Shown here one piece after another: positions 55,825 through 64,000 of a stretch of DNA of 64,000 nucleotides (position 1 is its first letter; each line of letters starts with the position of its first letter). The stretch is from NCBI GenBank assembly GCA_965212015.1, contig OZ243037.1:1700221-1764220 (forward strand), in the 5' to 3' direction. A model generated the notes under the pieces. The model did no database searches. It had not been told where the DNA came from and saw nothing but the letters and a program-made list of their open reading frames with translations. The DNA comes from Cenarchaeum sp. GTDB taxonomy: Archaea > Thermoproteota > Nitrososphaeria > Nitrososphaerales > Nitrosopumilaceae. The translations under genes were made by a program, and so were the position numbers.

Positions 55825-57227
55825 CGCTAATCGGCCTGGAGGTTCACTGCCAGCTGACAAAGCTCAACAGCAAGCTGTTCTGCCCGTGCAAGGCAGACTA
55901 TCGGGGCTTTGAGGCAAACGCCAACATTTGTCCAATATGCATGGGGCTGCCCGGCTCGCTTCCGCGCCTCAACCAGTCGGCGGTAAAAAAGGCGGCCATG
56001 ATGGCAATCGCGCTGAACTGTACCGTTCCGGAAAGACTCGCGTTTTTCAGAAAAAACTATTTTTATCCGGATCTTCCAAAGAACTTTCAGATAACGCAGC
56101 TTGACGCGTACGGCGAGACCAGCATAGGGGGAAGGGGCCGCGTAACTGTCGACGGAAAAGACATCCGCATCAGAAGAATACAGCTCGAAGAGGATCCCGG
56201 GCGGCTGGTATACGAGGGGAGCTCAGAAAAGACGCAGGTCGCACTAGTCGACTATAACAGGGCCGGCGTGCCGCTCGTCGAGATTGTCACAGAGCCCGAC
56301 TTTGAGGGGCCGCGGCAGGCGAGGCTGTTTTTGAACATGCTCTCAGACCTGATAGAGAACCTGGGAATCTCCGACCCGTCCCTTGACGGGGCGATGCGCA
56401 CTGACGGAAACGTCTCAATTGAGGGACACGCCAAAGTCGAGCTCAAAAACATCGGATCATCGCACGACCTGGAAAAGGCGCTTCATTTCGAGATTACAAG
56501 GCAGAAAAGCCTTGCAGAACAGGGCGCCAGGATAATACAGGAGACGAAACACTGGGACGACAAGAGAAAGATAACAGTCTCTGCCAGAAAAAAAGAGGAG
56601 GACATGGACTATCGGTACTTTCTTGAAAACGACATACCGTGGATAGCTGTCAGTCCCGGCATCCTGGCAGGGCTGCGCCGGGACATGCCTGAGAGCATTA
56701 TCTCCAAAAAAGAGAGGTACGTGGCCTCGTTTGGCATCGCCCCGCAGGTGGCAGACGTGCTCTCCTCTGACAAGTTTTACTCTGATCTGTTCGAGTCGGC
56801 GCACACAGAATCCAACGCAAGGGAGGTGGCAAACATAATCACCACCGACCTGATGGGCCTGACAGACACGAGAGAAAAGCGCGACTGCTCAAAGCTTGCC
56901 CCCGGGCACCTGCGCGAGATTGCATCAATGATACTCTCAAAGAGGATTACCCGCGCCTCTGCAAAGACCATACTGCGCCACGCGGTAAACTCGGGCAGGC
57001 AGCCCGCAGATCTGGCATCGGAGCTTGGACTGGCCGACGTGTCGGGTATGGCAGAGCTGGACTCTGTGATAGACGCCGTAATATCTGAGAACGGCGACGC
57101 AGTGCAAAGCGCAAGGGCAAACCCGCAGGCGGTAAACTATCTGGTGGGAATGGTGATGAAAAAAACCGGCGGCAGGGCAGATCCCGGGACGGTTCTCGGC
57201 CTGCTGAGAAAAAAGACCGGCCTCTAG
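55821..57227 (+). CDS. gatB: Asp/Glu-tRNA amidotransferase subunit B
   Basis: IGLEVHCQL, RKNYFYPDLPK, DYNRAGVPLVEIVTEPD, DYRYF. Confidence 0.96.
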   Translation: MTLIGLEVHCQLTKLNSKLFCPCKADYRGFEANANICPICMGLPGSLPRLNQSAVKKAAMMAIALNCTVPERLAFFRKNYFYPDLPKNFQITQLDAYGETSIGGRGRVTVDGKDIRIRRIQLEEDPGRLVYEGSSEKTQVALVDYNRAGVPLVEIVTEPDFEGPRQARLFLNMLSDLIENLGISDPSLDGAMRTDGNVSIEGHAKVELKNIGSSHDLEKALHFEITRQKSLAEQGARIIQETKHWDDKRKITVSARKKEEDMDYRYFLENDIPWIAVSPGILAGLRRDMPESIISKKERYVASFGIAPQVADVLSSDKFYSDLFESAHTESNAREVANIITTDLMGLTDTREKRDCSKLAPGHLREIASMILSKRITRASAKTILRHAVNSGRQPADLASELGLADVSGMAELDSVIDAVISENGDAVQSARANPQAVNYLVGMVMKKTGGRADPGTVLGLLRKKTGL

Positions 57228-57242
57228 GCGCCAGAATCGGCA

Positions 57243-57365
57243 CTAGCAGTTGAGCAGCTCTACGTTGGAGTTTTTGCAAAACGTGTTGTACAGCCCGAAT
57301 CCGAATATTATCGCGGCAAATATCGCAAGCGGAATTATGACGAATATCTTTGTCTTTAGGCCCAT
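57243..57365 (-). CDS. 40-aa single-TM microprotein
   Basis: Not in track: MGLKTKIFVIIPLAIFAAIIFGFGLYNTFCKNSNVELLNC; TTTATA box upstream. Confidence 0.55.
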   Translation of the reverse strand: MGLKTKIFVIIPLAIFAAIIFGFGLYNTFCKNSNVELLNC

Positions 57366-57410
57366 GGACTGCGGTTTTTTTTTTGGTATAAAATCCCTTC
57401 ACTTTGCATG

Positions 57411-58418
57411 CTATTTCAGCATCTTGTTGAACTCCCTGATGAACGTCTTTATCTTTGGCTTTGGAATCACGGCGCCGCACGCCCTGCCGTGGCCCCCGCC
57501 AGAACCCCCCAGCGAGGAGGCAAGCGAGTTGACTATCCTGCCCAGGTGCGTCTTGCACGACTGCGAGCCGCGCACCGAGACGGCGTATATGCCGTGATCA
57601 ACGCGCTCCTTGTAGGCGATTCCGACGTCCTTTCCGGAGAGGCCCAGCACAAAGTTGACTGCGCCGCTTGCGCCGGCGTCCTTGATCTCCATATACCCGA
57701 GGTTCTTCATTGTTTTCATGTCCTTTTTGACCTTGGATATTATCTGGGCCAGCTTTCCCACCTGGATCTGGGCAAACTCGAAAGAATTGGGAATCTCAAA
57801 GGGGTACTTGGCGTTTGCCAGCTCCTCTACCAGATAAAGCAGGTAATCGGGATCCTTTTGGTGTCCCACAATGTTGTATGTGAGGACAGTCGCGTTTATC
57901 AGCGCAAACTGCCTGTCATAGATTTGCAGCAGCTTTGCGCCGGCTGGCCTGTCCTCCATATAGTCGGTGACTGCCGCGCATGCTGCGACAAAGGCGGCGT
58001 GCTCGGAGAGCTTTGACTTGAACTTGTCATAAATTTGAACCGTGGTGCATTCGCCCACATCGTGAACCATCTTTACCTTGATCTTTTCCAGCTTTTTGTG
58101 GATTCCGGGATCTAAATCGTGGTGGTCAATGTAAGTCACTGCCACCTTTTTTTTCCGCAGTCCGGCGAGAATCTCGACAAAGTCGTCCTGGTTTTTCTTG
58201 CTGAGGCCGAGATCGCATATGAACAGGGTCTTTAGCTTTTCGTCTGCGGCCACGTCCTCGAGTGCCCCCATCTGGCCGGGATAGTCGACAAGCACAGAGT
58301 CGCCGCCAAAGGCCTCCCTGATGAGTGCCGCAGAGCTGATGCCGTCGGCGTCCTCCTTGTGCGAGATGCAGACCGTCCTGGTCTTGGCGGGCTTTTTTGC
58401 TGTCTTTTTGGCGGCCAT
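57411..58418 (-). CDS. DHH/DHHA1-family phosphoesterase
   Basis: HKEDADG, CDLG, IDHH, SVRG, GGGH..ACGA. Confidence 0.93.
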   Translation of the reverse strand: MAAKKTAKKPAKTRTVCISHKEDADGISSAALIREAFGGDSVLVDYPGQMGALEDVAADEKLKTLFICDLGLSKKNQDDFVEILAGLRKKKVAVTYIDHHDLDPGIHKKLEKIKVKMVHDVGECTTVQIYDKFKSKLSEHAAFVAACAAVTDYMEDRPAGAKLLQIYDRQFALINATVLTYNIVGHQKDPDYLLYLVEELANAKYPFEIPNSFEFAQIQVGKLAQIISKVKKDMKTMKNLGYMEIKDAGASGAVNFVLGLSGKDVGIAYKERVDHGIYAVSVRGSQSCKTHLGRIVNSLASSLGGSGGGHGRACGAVIPKPKIKTFIREFNKMLK

Positions 58419-58460
58419 ACCGTCGAACCTGCGGGGCCCTCATTTAAACCAAATATGGTT

Positions 58461-58652
58461 CTACCTTTTCTTTGGGGCGCCGGCGCGCGATGCCAGCTTT
58501 ACGTCGGGGCCGTCAGAGTAAGAGTCGTAAAACGAGCCCCCGGAGAGCTGCGTGGCGACATCCATCTCTTGCAGTTTCGCTAGCTCCTCGCCGGTGGCCC
58601 TGAGGACCAGCTCGTCTATGCGCCTCTGCTGCTCCCTCTCTATCCTTGACAT
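58461..58652 (-). CDS. Small hypothetical protein
   Basis: MSRIEREQQRRIDELV..LQEMDVATQLSGGSFYD; the D..Q..G..FYD pattern resembles 59958..60164. Confidence 0.6.
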   Translation of the reverse strand: MSRIEREQQRRIDELVLRATGEELAKLQEMDVATQLSGGSFYDSYSDGPDVKLASRAGAPKKR

Positions 58653-58794
58653 TTCCGTATGGTCGAATAATCCGGTAATATGGCGCAGCGTTGGGAGTTT
58701 AGACAAAATACTAAACTTCCAAGGCCCCGCACGGTTCTGGGACAGGCACGAATCGCCACTGAAACATGATATATGGCAGATTCAAAAGCCACGC

Positions 58795-59961
58795 ATGGAC
58801 ACCAAGAACATCGGGCTGAGGGGGATTCCAGTGGCCGACACGCGGATATCCAACATCGACGGGGAAAAGGGCAAGCTCATCTATCGCGGCTATGACATAC
58901 TGGACCTGACGAAAAAGTCCAACTTTGAGGAGGTGGCATACCTGCTGTTACACGACGACCTGCCCACCAAGGATCAGATGCGCGACTTTACCTCAAAGCT
59001 TCTCGAGGCCAGATGGATTCCAAAGCAGATGCAGATAAACATGGGCAACTGGAGGCGCGATGCGGATCCCATGGACATGCTGCAGGCCTTTGTCGCGGCG
59101 CTGGCCGGATACTATGACGAGGAGTTTGCCACAAAGGAGGCAAGCTATGACCGGGCGATAAACCTCATAGCAAAGGTCCCCACCATAGTGGCAAGCTGGA
59201 ACAGAATACGAAACGGCGAGGAGATAATCGATCCGCGCGAGGATCTGGGACATGCTGCGAATTTTCTCTACATGCTTACGGGACGCGAGCCGGATTCCGA
59301 CGTGGAGAAAATATTTGACGTCTGTTTGATGCTGCACGCAGACCACACGTTTAACGCATCCACCTTTGCCGCAAGGCAGGTGGCATCCACCAGGGCGCAC
59401 ATGTATTCTGCCGCAAGCGCGGCAATCGGCGCGCTAAGCGGCGAGCTGCACGGGGGGGCAAACTATGAGGTCATGAAGATGCTGCTAGACGTGGGAGCTG
59501 AGGACCGCGTGGATGGCTGGATTGGGCGCAGGATGGACGCAGGGGAGCGCATAATGGGAATGGGCCACGCCGTATACAAGACCTATGATCCCAGGGCGCA
59601 GGTGCTCAAGGAGCTCTCGCGCAAGCTTGCACAAAAGACGCGCGATCCGTGGTTTGGCATAACCCAAAAAATAGAGCAGACCACCGCTGCTGAGATGAAA
59701 AAAAGAAAGAACGTCGACATTTACCCGAACGTGGACCTGTACAGCGCGTCAGTCTATTACATGCTGAAAATCCCGATGGATCTCAACACGCCGATCTTTG
59801 CGATATCGCGGGTTGCGGGATGGGCGGCGCACGTAATCGAGGAAAAGTTCGCAGAGGCCGCTCCAAAGCCCGCACTGTACAGGCCAAAGGCAGTCTATGT
59901 CGGCAAGTACTGCGGGCCGGAGGGATGCGAGTACAAGTCCCTTGATCTGAGGGCCGGCTAG
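58795..59961 (+). CDS. gltA: Citrate synthase
   Basis: GLRG, LIYRGY, HADHTFNAST, LHGGAN, GMGHAVYK..DPRA, YPNVD. Confidence 0.96.
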   Translation: MDTKNIGLRGIPVADTRISNIDGEKGKLIYRGYDILDLTKKSNFEEVAYLLLHDDLPTKDQMRDFTSKLLEARWIPKQMQINMGNWRRDADPMDMLQAFVAALAGYYDEEFATKEASYDRAINLIAKVPTIVASWNRIRNGEEIIDPREDLGHAANFLYMLTGREPDSDVEKIFDVCLMLHADHTFNASTFAARQVASTRAHMYSAASAAIGALSGELHGGANYEVMKMLLDVGAEDRVDGWIGRRMDAGERIMGMGHAVYKTYDPRAQVLKELSRKLAQKTRDPWFGITQKIEQTTAAEMKKRKNVDIYPNVDLYSASVYYMLKIPMDLNTPIFAISRVAGWAAHVIEEKFAEAAPKPALYRPKAVYVGKYCGPEGCEYKSLDLRAG

Positions 59962-60164
59962 TTTCTGGCGTCAAGCCAGTTCTTGGCCTTTGAGCTAATG
60001 TCGTGCCTGTAGAGCACCTCAAAGACCATGTCGTAAAACGTGATTCCCTTTTTCTGCGCCTGGGCGTCAAGCCATTTTATCCCGTCGGAGAGCTCGGGAT
60101 CGTACTCTGAGAACTCGACTAGATCGTCGACCATCCTCGTAAAAAAGGCGCGCGATTCAAGCAT
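59958..60164 (-). CDS. Conserved small thaumarchaeal hypothetical protein
   Basis: DPELSDGIKWLDAQAQKKGITFYDMVFEVLY. Confidence 0.7.
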   Translation of the reverse strand: MLESRAFFTRMVDDLVEFSEYDPELSDGIKWLDAQAQKKGITFYDMVFEVLYRHDISSKAKNWLDARN

Positions 60165-60281
60165 GTTGGATTCTTTGAAACTTTGATCATAAATGATGAA
60201 TTCAAATTATATAGACAAAATGGACACAAATAACCACTCTACGGGGCATTCGACCCTTTGCGGTCCCCGGGGCAGGCGCGC

Positions 60282-62180
60282 TCACTTTCTGTCCAGCACG
60301 GAGCGTATCTCGGACACTGCCGTCGCATCCTCAAGCGTGCTGGTGTCACCTGCACCCCTGTTGCCTGCCATGGTCTTTAGCAGCCTGCGCATGATCTTGC
60401 CGCTGCGGGTCTTTGGGAGCTTTGATACGAAATAGACGTCCTTGGGCGTGGCAATGGGGCCTATCCTGCCCCTGATCTCGGCGATTATCTCTGATTTGAG
60501 AGTCGCGTGATCCCTGGTGACGCCCCCGCGCAGCACTACAAACGCAATTATGCTCTGCCCCTTGATGTCGTCTGGCATTCCGCACACGGCGGATTCTGCA
60601 ACATCGCCGTGCGCCACTATGCTGCTTTCCAGCTCGGCGGTGCCTATCCTGTGTCCGGCCACCTTGAGGACGTCATCTGCCCGCCCGAGCACCCAAAAGT
60701 ATCCGTCAGAATCCCTCATTGCATAGTCGCCCGTATGGTACCTGCCGGGATACCTTGACCAGTACGCCTCTTTGTACTTTTCATCATCGCCCCACAGTGT
60801 GAGCAGCATTCCCGGCCACGGCCTTTGTATTACCAGGTGCCCCTTGGCGCCGGCCTTTGCGTCCATGCCGTCCTCGCCTACCACTGTCATGTCGACGCCG
60901 GGAATCTGCCTTGTGCCAGAGCCGGGCTTTAGCGGTACGGTCTCGAGGCCCGGCAGCGCAGATATCATCATGCCGCCAGTCTCTGTCTGCCACCACGTGT
61001 CAATGACGGGACACCTGTTCTTGCCGATTACGGTATAGTACCACTTCCAGACGTGCGGATTGATGGGCTCGCCTACTGATCCGAGCAGCCTCAGTGACGA
61101 GAGATCAAAGGAGCCCGGTATGTCGTCGCCGAGCTTCATGAGCATCCTTAGCGCAGTCGGCGTGGTGTAAAATATGCTCACCTTGTACTTTTGTATAATC
61201 TCCCACATCCTTGAGGCCTCCGGATAGTCCGGCGATCCCTCGTACATAACCTGGGTGGCGCCGTGCAGCAGCGGGCCGTACACCACATAGCTGTGCCCCG
61301 TCACCCATCCAATGTCTGCCGTGCAAAAAAACACGTCCGAATCCATAATGTCAAAGGCCCACTTGAAGGTAGAGTTGACATGCGTCAGGTATCCGCCCGT
61401 GCCGTGCAGCACCCCCTTTGGCTTGCCGGTGGTGCCTGACGTGTACAGTATGTACAGCGGATGGCTGCTTGGCAGCGATTCTGCGGGACACTCGTCTTTT
61501 GCATCCCGCATCTCCTTACTCCACATGCTGTCCCTTGGCGTCATCTCTATTGGCGCGCCGGTCCTTTCCAGCACCAGCACGTTTTTGACAAAATCCCTGC
61601 CGGCGACTGCCTTGTCCACCGTGCCCTTTAGCTCAATTACTGCTCCCCTCCTGTACCCGCCGTCTGCCGTGATTACCAGCCCTGGTTCAGAGTCATCCAT
61701 CCTCTCGCGCAGCGAGTCCGCAGAGAATCCAGAAAACACGACTGTGTGCACCGCGCCGATTCTTGCGCATGCCAGCATTGATACTGGCAGCTCTGGCACC
61801 ATGGGGAGATAAATCATTACCCTGTCGCCTTTTTTTACGCCCATCGACTTTATGACGCAGGCGAGCTTTTTGACCTGCCTGCATAGCTCGCCGTACGTAA
61901 CGGTCCTGGAGCTGCCGTCCTCGCCCTCCCACAGGATTGCGGGCTTTTCTGCCCTTGACTCGAGGTGGACATCCAGCGTATTGTATGAGGCGTTTAGCCG
62001 CCCGCCTGCAAACCACCTGGCAAAGGGGGGCGTCCATTCGAGTGTCCTGTCCCACGGCTCAAACCATGCCAGCCGCCTTGCCTGCCCGTCCCAGAAGGAA
62101 ATATAATCGGCTGCCGCATCTGCCCTGGTGCGCGTATCGCAGTTTCCAAGTCCGATATCGTAGGTCTCGTCCATGGCCAA
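60282..62180 (-). CDS. acs: Acetate--CoA ligase (AMP-forming)
   Basis: YTSGTTGKPKG, TADIGWVTGH, DTWWQTETG, PKTRSGKIMRR. Confidence 0.95.
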   Translation of the reverse strand: MAMDETYDIGLGNCDTRTRADAAADYISFWDGQARRLAWFEPWDRTLEWTPPFARWFAGGRLNASYNTLDVHLESRAEKPAILWEGEDGSSRTVTYGELCRQVKKLACVIKSMGVKKGDRVMIYLPMVPELPVSMLACARIGAVHTVVFSGFSADSLRERMDDSEPGLVITADGGYRRGAVIELKGTVDKAVAGRDFVKNVLVLERTGAPIEMTPRDSMWSKEMRDAKDECPAESLPSSHPLYILYTSGTTGKPKGVLHGTGGYLTHVNSTFKWAFDIMDSDVFFCTADIGWVTGHSYVVYGPLLHGATQVMYEGSPDYPEASRMWEIIQKYKVSIFYTTPTALRMLMKLGDDIPGSFDLSSLRLLGSVGEPINPHVWKWYYTVIGKNRCPVIDTWWQTETGGMMISALPGLETVPLKPGSGTRQIPGVDMTVVGEDGMDAKAGAKGHLVIQRPWPGMLLTLWGDDEKYKEAYWSRYPGRYHTGDYAMRDSDGYFWVLGRADDVLKVAGHRIGTAELESSIVAHGDVAESAVCGMPDDIKGQSIIAFVVLRGGVTRDHATLKSEIIAEIRGRIGPIATPKDVYFVSKLPKTRSGKIMRRLLKTMAGNRGAGDTSTLEDATAVSEIRSVLDRK

Positions 62181-62219
62181 GTAACATGGCGGGCCAATTT
62201 CTAAATGTTGACATGCGCG

Positions 62220-62582
62220 CTATCTTGAAAACAGCACTCTTGCCCTCTGCAGCCCCCTCAGTCCGAGCCTGATAAAGTTGTCATCAAAGCCGAGCCTTTC
62301 AAATACCCTTCGCAGAAAATAAATCCTCACAAAGGACGCCACGGCGTATGCCAGCGTAATGAACGCATTGGCCATCAGCGGATCCTCGCTTATCCAGCCT
62401 ACAGACAGGGGCAGTATTATGATTCCCAGCGCGTACCCTATCGGATAGCCGCCAAACGAGTTTATGAGCGCCTCTGTGGCGCTCTTTTTTCTAGTGTCCG
62501 TACTAGTACTGCCGCACACTTTCCTACTGTCAGTAGCGCCTGCCCGACCGTTCCGTGAATCAAAAGTCCCGTCCATGATCAT
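62220..62582 (-). CDS. Small membrane protein
   Basis: Two hydrophobic segments; KSATEALIN..GY and SFVRIYFLRRVF motifs; start uncertain. Confidence 0.65.
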   Translation of the reverse strand: MIMDGTFDSRNGRAGATDSRKVCGSTSTDTRKKSATEALINSFGGYPIGYALGIIILPLSVGWISEDPLMANAFITLAYAVASFVRIYFLRRVFERLGFDDNFIRLGLRGLQRARVLFSR

Positions 62583-62642
62583 CTGCCCCCCGGCGACTGC
62601 CTTACGGTGCGGCAGCTGATCGGGGGAAAACCGCCTGTCATT

Positions 62643-63068
62643 TTATAGGCCGCCCATCCTGCCGGGCCTGAATCCTGCAACGCCGACGAACTCGCAGGCC
62701 TTTAGCAGTGCCCTGTCAAGGGTCACAAGTACAAACGTCCGAATCTTGCACAGGCCTAAAATGAGATTGTCGCCATTATGGCATATCGCATACTGGCCGC
62801 TGATCTGCCTGGCGGCCAGTCTCTGCTGGCCCGTGGTGCGCACAGTCTCGATTCTTTTCTTCAAGAGCCGCGAGATGCTCCTGATTACGGCGCCTGGCTC
62901 GAATCCGCACACGCGCCTCACCTCGCCTAGCACGGTATCGCACAGAATAATTGTGACAGGCCTGCCGCAGAGATCCGACTTTAGCCTGCGCACGGCTGAT
63001 GGCTTTTTCAATAAATCAATCACCACGCACGAATCCAGCACTATTCTTTGGGTTGTCCTTTGGTCCAT
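62643..63068 (-). CDS. PIN-domain (VapC-like) ribonuclease
   Basis: IVLDSCVV, VLGEV, NGDNLI, LVTLDRAL: all four acidic residues present. Confidence 0.85.
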   Translation of the reverse strand: MDQRTTQRIVLDSCVVIDLLKKPSAVRRLKSDLCGRPVTIILCDTVLGEVRRVCGFEPGAVIRSISRLLKKRIETVRTTGQQRLAARQISGQYAICHNGDNLILGLCKIRTFVLVTLDRALLKACEFVGVAGFRPGRMGGL

Positions 63069-63150
63069 GAGTGATCTTTTCTGCCGTCATTTATTATATG
63101 GGAGTGGCATAGTATACATACTGTACATACCAAATATTCACTAAACTGAC

Positions 63151-64000
63151 CTATTCGCCCTTCATCTCTATGCGGGTCTTGAACTCTGGCTTTATGCCAA
63201 GGGACTCGTAATTTCCAGTAGAGCACGTAAAGCACATAGAGTCACTTGGAATGCCTACTGCCTCTGCCAGGTTTTCTGCGTCATTGTATCCCAGAAAATC
63301 AGCGCCGATATCGGAGCGGACCTTTTCTATTATTGCGTCCTCGCCTAGCTGCCTCTTGTCCCACGTGGCAAGCTCCTCTCTTGACGGAAAGTCGATTCCG
63401 GCATAGCAGGGAAACCGTATGGGGGGATAGGTTATCAGCATGCTGATCTTTTTTGCCCCGGCGCGCTTTAGCGCCTTGATTATGGCCCGGGAGCTCGTGC
63501 CCCTCACCAGGCTGTCGTCTATCACTATGACGTGCCTTGACTCGATTATCTCCCTTATCGGGATTATCCACCGGTTGATCTCTATCCTGTCGCTCTGGTG
63601 CGGCTCGATGAAGCTCCGGAGCGGCCCCTTTTTGCTGTACCTGTCCTTGAGCAGCCCCTCGTCAAATGGAATCCCGCGCTCCTCTGCAAACCCCAGCGCC
63701 GCCGGGCGCGCCGAATCCGGGACCGGAATCACCAGGTCTGCGTCTATCGGGAATTTTTTTGCAAGGAACCTGCCGATGTTTTTCCGGGCCAGGTAAATGT
63801 TGGTGCCCTCCATCTTGCTTGAGGGATGCGCAAAGTATGTGAATTCAAACGAGCAGTGGGCGCGGCTCTGATCCTCTGAGAACATTTCGTTTTCCATCCC
63901 GTCCTTGCTTATCTGTATGATCTCGCCGGGCCTTACGTCGCGCTCGAGCCTTGCGCCTATTGCAGAGAGGGCAGAGGACTCTGAGGCCACAATGTACGTG
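63151..64000 (-). CDS. purF: Amidophosphoribosyltransferase (5' part outside window)
   Basis: CSFEFTYFAHP, PVPDS, IDDSLVRGTS, PCYAGIDF, CFTC. Confidence 0.95.
   Translation of the reverse strand, partial: TYIVASESSALSAIGARLERDVRPGEIIQISKDGMENEMFSEDQSRAHCSFEFTYFAHPSSKMEGTNIYLARKNIGRFLAKKFPIDADLVIPVPDSARPAALGFAEERGIPFDEGLLKDRYSKKGPLRSFIEPHQSDRIEINRWIIPIREIIESRHVIVIDDSLVRGTSSRAIIKALKRAGAKKISMLITYPPIRFPCYAGIDFPSREELATWDKRQLGEDAIIEKVRSDIGADFLGYNDAENLAEAVGIPSDSMCFTCSTGNYESLGIKPEFKTRIEMKGE

Overview
Archaeal genomic window, almost certainly an ammonia-oxidising thaumarchaeote (Nitrosopumilaceae). Supporting genes are archaeal EF-1alpha/uS10/Rpo12/uS11, ABCE1, RtcB-PDCD5, aspS-gatCAB, a transketolase-epimerase fusion and thaumarchaeal S-layer-type Ig repeats. 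The fairly GC-rich backbone plus TPR and surface-protein expansions suggest a host-associated (e.g. sponge) lineage, which is inference only. Several accessory patches interrupt the housekeeping backbone. (1) 1-5.7 kb: a MORC-type GHKL ATPase missed by the ORF track, divergent from TPR / apparently catalytically dead DDE transposase / HAD / TPR / HNH genes. (2) 8.9-11.7 kb: an AT-rich island encoding an Ig-repeat metzincin. (3) 22-24.5 kb: a duplicated promoter and N-terminus shared by a pseudogene and a secreted Cys-rich protein. (4) 38-48.5 kb: three mosaic S-layer-like paralogues with a hicBA pair and a MITE between them. (5) 51.2-52.5 kb: an AT-rich two-gene operon pairing a divergent ribosomal-protein-uS10-like gene with a class III adenylate cyclase, the best candidate for an undescribed system. 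Also found: an ~80-bp MITE in two copies, each with an 8-bp target-site duplication; tRNA-Thr(CGT); and several small ORFs below the track cut-off. All family assignments come from motif recognition by eye; no database search was run.
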